Source: Adineta vaga
Lineage: Eukaryota > Animalia > Rotifera
Assembly (NCBI GenBank): GCA_021613535.1
Contig: CP075493.1
Span: 3,100,001 to 3,164,000 of the forward strand
Direction: 5' to 3'
DNA length: 64,000 bases
The notes under the pieces were generated by a model. The model saw nothing but the letters and a program-made list of their open reading frames with translations. It searched no databases and was not told the origin of the DNA. The position numbers and the translations under genes were made by a program. Below, piece by piece: positions 60,853 to 64,000 of the stretch; positions within the stretch are counted from its first letter, which is position 1, and each line of letters starts with the position of its first letter.

Positions 60853-62580
60853 TTATATATGATGAGGACAATTATTTGTTTATTTATTGAGTAAGAAAAA
60901 GACTCGAATTGACTACACGACACAACATTACAGCGAGTGTAGAAGTAAATGAGATGATTGGAGACGATGTTGATCATGAATGAAAGGTTTTGATGTTTGC
61001 ATTCGCACATAATTACATTGACCATGTATGTTGGAATTTTGCTTGTAGTTTGAACTCGCACCTCATACATCGTCTCCATCTAATTGTTTCATCACTTGCC
61101 ACCACCACCTCCACCACCGCCACCGCCCCAACCGCCTCCGCCACCGCCACCACCACCGCCACGCTTAGCACGAGCCCTAAAACACAGAGACATGAGTTAG
61201 TGATGTGAATCTACGACCAAAAATCGTTATTCTACTTACGATGTAACTCCAGCTTGTACCATGACTAAAACAGAAAAAAACAATCATTCAATAGAAATTG
61301 TGGAACATGAAGAAAAACTATGCGAACATACCTTGCGAGATGATCAATAATGCTAGAACAAGCAAGTAGAGAAAGCGAGAGAAAGTGGGTATCATTGTGA
61401 CGTTTGGATGATAAACGAGAAGGATAATTGACTAATGTATTGAGGTTGAATAAACGAGAAAGATCGATTGGATTGTATCGTATGATCCGAATGCAGAATA
61501 GCACGGGTTTTTATATACGTGAACACAAAGGAGAGAAATCCGAGAGAGAGAGAGAGAAGAAAAGGGAGAAATAACGGGAATTCATGACTCATACAGAGAT
61601 ATCGAGGTCAAAACAATTAATAGGAAAGAGAGAGATAGAGAAAAATCATGTCTTTTCTTCGTCGGTATTTACAACTAAAAGAAAGAGAATCGAACTTTGC
61701 ACGAACAAATTGACCATTCAAAATGTAAAACAAAATGAAGAGTGCAGAAAATCTAGAAAGAACAGGAGGAGAGGAAGGGAGATTGAAACGTCCATCGAAT
61801 CGGTGGACATTGGCACATCATAGGCCGATGATAGATGTGGGAAGTGCTGATAATAAAATAAATCATCCATGGAAATATATCAGTCGAAAAATCACGTGTG
61901 ACAAAGAGATGCACGCGTAGATAATCGTGAATACGATGATGATCTTCATCGTTCGAAATGTGCACTGTTAACTAGTGTGAAGCCTGGAGAAATGTTGATT
62001 TGATCCAGATGCTGATCGTATTTCTATGCATGCTAGGAAAGATCGACTTCGAAATATAGTACCGATTAATTGCTGATGAACAAAACAATCTCAAAAGCAA
62101 TAGAATGTTGATGATGTTGAACTGATGAATGGAATGATTGTCTGTACTTTGACATAGATGATAGGTGAACAAATTGCGAGAGATCGACAATGAGTGGCGA
62201 AACATGTTGATAAATATCGAGAGAAAAGCATTTTAATAACTGATTAACTTAAGATCTTGTTAGTGAGCGAGTGTAAGATATAAAAGTGGGATTTTTGGAA
62301 AGATTATTGTCATATAGATGACGATGATATTGTGAAGAAAAACTGTTCAGTTTGTACGCTTATGATTTTCTTTCGTTCTTTGTATGTGAATATTTTGTTA
62401 TCCGATCGGAATATTTCGATAAGAATGCGTCTCTTTCTCTCTCTTTCTCTCTTCCTTTATATATCTATATATATATTTCTGTGTTTGAGTGGGTGTATAA
62501 AGCTGTATAAAAGCAGATGCTTTTCCACCTTTTCATCATATCGTTCACAGTTTGTTCACTGGTACGAAACAATATTGTTG
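60853..62580 (-). repeat. Right arm of large inverted repeat (~1.73 kb)
   Basis: Reverse complement of 58045-59772; unique spacer 59773-60852. Confidence 0.95.
61092..61395 (-). CDS. Secreted polyglycine prepropeptide B', 57 aa (exons 61395-61332, 61264-61240, 61176-61092)
   Basis: Mirror copy of B: MIPTFSRFLYLLVLALLIISQ|VMVQAGVTS|ARAKR-G10-W-G10-K*; one V/I change and four synonymous changes. Confidence 0.85.
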
Positions 62581-62597
62581 ATCCATCTATCTTATCG

Positions 62598-62605
62598 TAT
62601 AAATA
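62598..62605 (+). promoter_or_regulatory. Candidate TATA box for gene C
   Basis: cttatcgTATAAATAagtgc about 50 nt upstream of ATG 62652; homologous cttatcgTTTAAATAcgtgc lies upstream of gene A on the minus strand (~57990-58008). Confidence 0.5.
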
Positions 62606-62651
62606 AGTGCTGTGATCGTCAACTCGTTGAATCAACTGTGCGAAGAATCAA

Positions 62652-63246
62652 ATGATGGCAAGCTTCATTCGAACCACTTTTCTGTTCGTGATGATTTTAG
62701 CAGTTTTTTATGAAGGTTTGAAAATTTTTTAGAGAAAAATAAAGCATTTTGTATGGAGTTTGTTTCATTTCAGTTATGCTAGTCACACAGGGTGCTGAGT
62801 AAGTATTTAAAATGTAAGGAGTGTATTTTATTGTTTGTTTTATTTCAAGATTTGGTGATAGACCGAGTGTTGCGACGGCTATAAATATGAATATTTCTGC
62901 GATCGAAGAAAGTATGATTCGTGAAAATGGTACTGCTGCTCCGCGTAGTGTTCGTGGTATGGATGGTGAGAAAGGTGGTGATGGGGTGGGTGGAAAGGGT
63001 GGAAAAGGTGGAGACTCTCAAGGCGGTGGAGGTGGAGGCCCTCAAGGCGGTGGAGGTGGAGGCCCTCAAGGCGGTGGAGGTGGAGGCCCTCAAGGCGGTG
63101 GAGGTGGAGGCCCTCAGGGCGGTGGAGGTGGAGGACCTCAAGGCGGTGGAGGTGGTAGTGGTGACAAGGGTGGCGGAGGTGGTAGTGGTGGCAAGGGTGG
63201 CGGTGGCGGCGGCGGAAGTGGTGGTGGTGGCGGTGGTGGAAAGTAA
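62652..63246 (+). CDS. Secreted glycine-rich preproprotein C (exons 62652-62715, 62774-62798, 62850-63246)
   Basis: Signal peptide MMASFIRTTFLFVMILAVFYE|VMLVTQGA, pro-region ending RSVR, then GMDGEKGGDG..(GGGGGGPQ)x5..GGGGGGK*. Confidence 0.85.
63018..63155 (+). repeat. 24-bp coding tandem repeat (QGGGGGGP) x5-6
   Basis: caaggcggtggaggtggaggccct repeated in tandem. Confidence 0.9.
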
Positions 63247-64000
63247 TTTCACTTGAACGGGGTAATGCTGATGATGAGTGGTAAGGATACAACACTTATT
63301 ATTTGAAACTTTCTTATTGTCAATACTTTTTGTGAAACGTAGATCTGACTGCTTCACTGATAATTTCAATGTTACTATTTTTAACATATCTCGGGATCAA
63401 TTCTTAAGTATGGGTAGTGTAGTGGCATAATTATCACAAGTGAAAACGTCGAAAAATTCTCTTCTTTCAAATATTTTTACTGTCATCGTCAGCATCACTA
63501 CCAATGTTCACCCCTTTAATCCACCAACTGTCGTCGGTCTCGTTTTTTCGTATTAATTCAGTTGTATATGGGATTGTTCTTTTGTTTGATTCTTAATAAA
63601 CGATTCATTGTACTTCTAAATCATTGTTGAAGAAATTACGAGGGAAAGCGTTTGGCTTTTTTGAATGATCAATGTCGTATATGAAGAGTAATTAGCTTGA
63701 TAGAATAGAGAAGAAACGAAGTAACTTGCGAGAATCGAAATACTCTTTGAAATTCAGTTTGTCTGTCAATCTTGACTTACTTATAAAATAAGAAAAAGCT
63801 TTATATTAAATGCAATCGATAGTTTAGTTTGTTCAAGGGAAGCGTAAACAATATATGAGATCGGTTTCGATATTATAGTTGATTAGAATTGTAGCCACAA
63901 CTTGTCATCATTCGAGTGTCGAAATGTATACTTGTTGAACAGAAAAAGCAGAATAATGATTTTTGAAATTTGATGATATAGAGAAGAAACTGTTGTGTTG

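Noticed and set aside
58045-62580. Inverted arms as terminal inverted repeats of a DNA/foldback transposon
   Set aside because: No transposase in the spacer, no target-site duplication seen, and homology fades into flanking paralogous genes instead of ending sharply.
57500-63200. CRISPR-like array
   Set aside because: Repeats are contiguous coding units with no unique spacers, in a eukaryotic context with no cas genes.
62845-63387. His-rich, Thr/Ser-rich and Val-rich ORFs overlapping gene C
   Set aside because: Alternative-frame shadows of the 24-bp Gly repeat.

Overview
AT-rich, gene-dense eukaryotic DNA with many short (~45-80 nt) GT-AG introns. Intron size, gene density, an intron-bearing bacterial-type gene and an ARM-TIR gene suggest a bdelloid rotifer, but the species cannot be determined from the sequence alone. 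Gene order: last exon of tropomyosin (+), ARM-TIR-SAM-CaaX protein (+), RAD23 (-), RSF1-like PHD protein (+), UGGT (+), cyanobacterial-type GH13 alpha-amylase/branching enzyme with ~19 introns including a 3-nt micro-exon (-), MAP2K (-), NFXL1 (+), ING-family PHD protein (+), thioredoxin (-), Ty3/gypsy relic, TspO-like membrane protein (+), EPS8-like (-), V-ATPase subunit C (+), conventional PKC with two alternative terminal exons (-), frameshifted IQCG/DRC9-like (-), MTMR3/4 (-). The main find is at 57.2-63.3 kb: a ~6-kb palindrome (two ~1.73-kb inverted arms around a ~1.08-kb spacer) carrying four paralogous three-exon genes for secreted polyglycine proteins, arranged as two divergent pairs. 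All four share 64-nt and 25-nt signal-peptide exons. The two inner genes, missed by the ORF track, encode a 57-aa precursor whose predicted furin product is G10-W-G10-K. Exon models and alignments were traced by eye, and family comparisons come from recalled sequences, not database searches.
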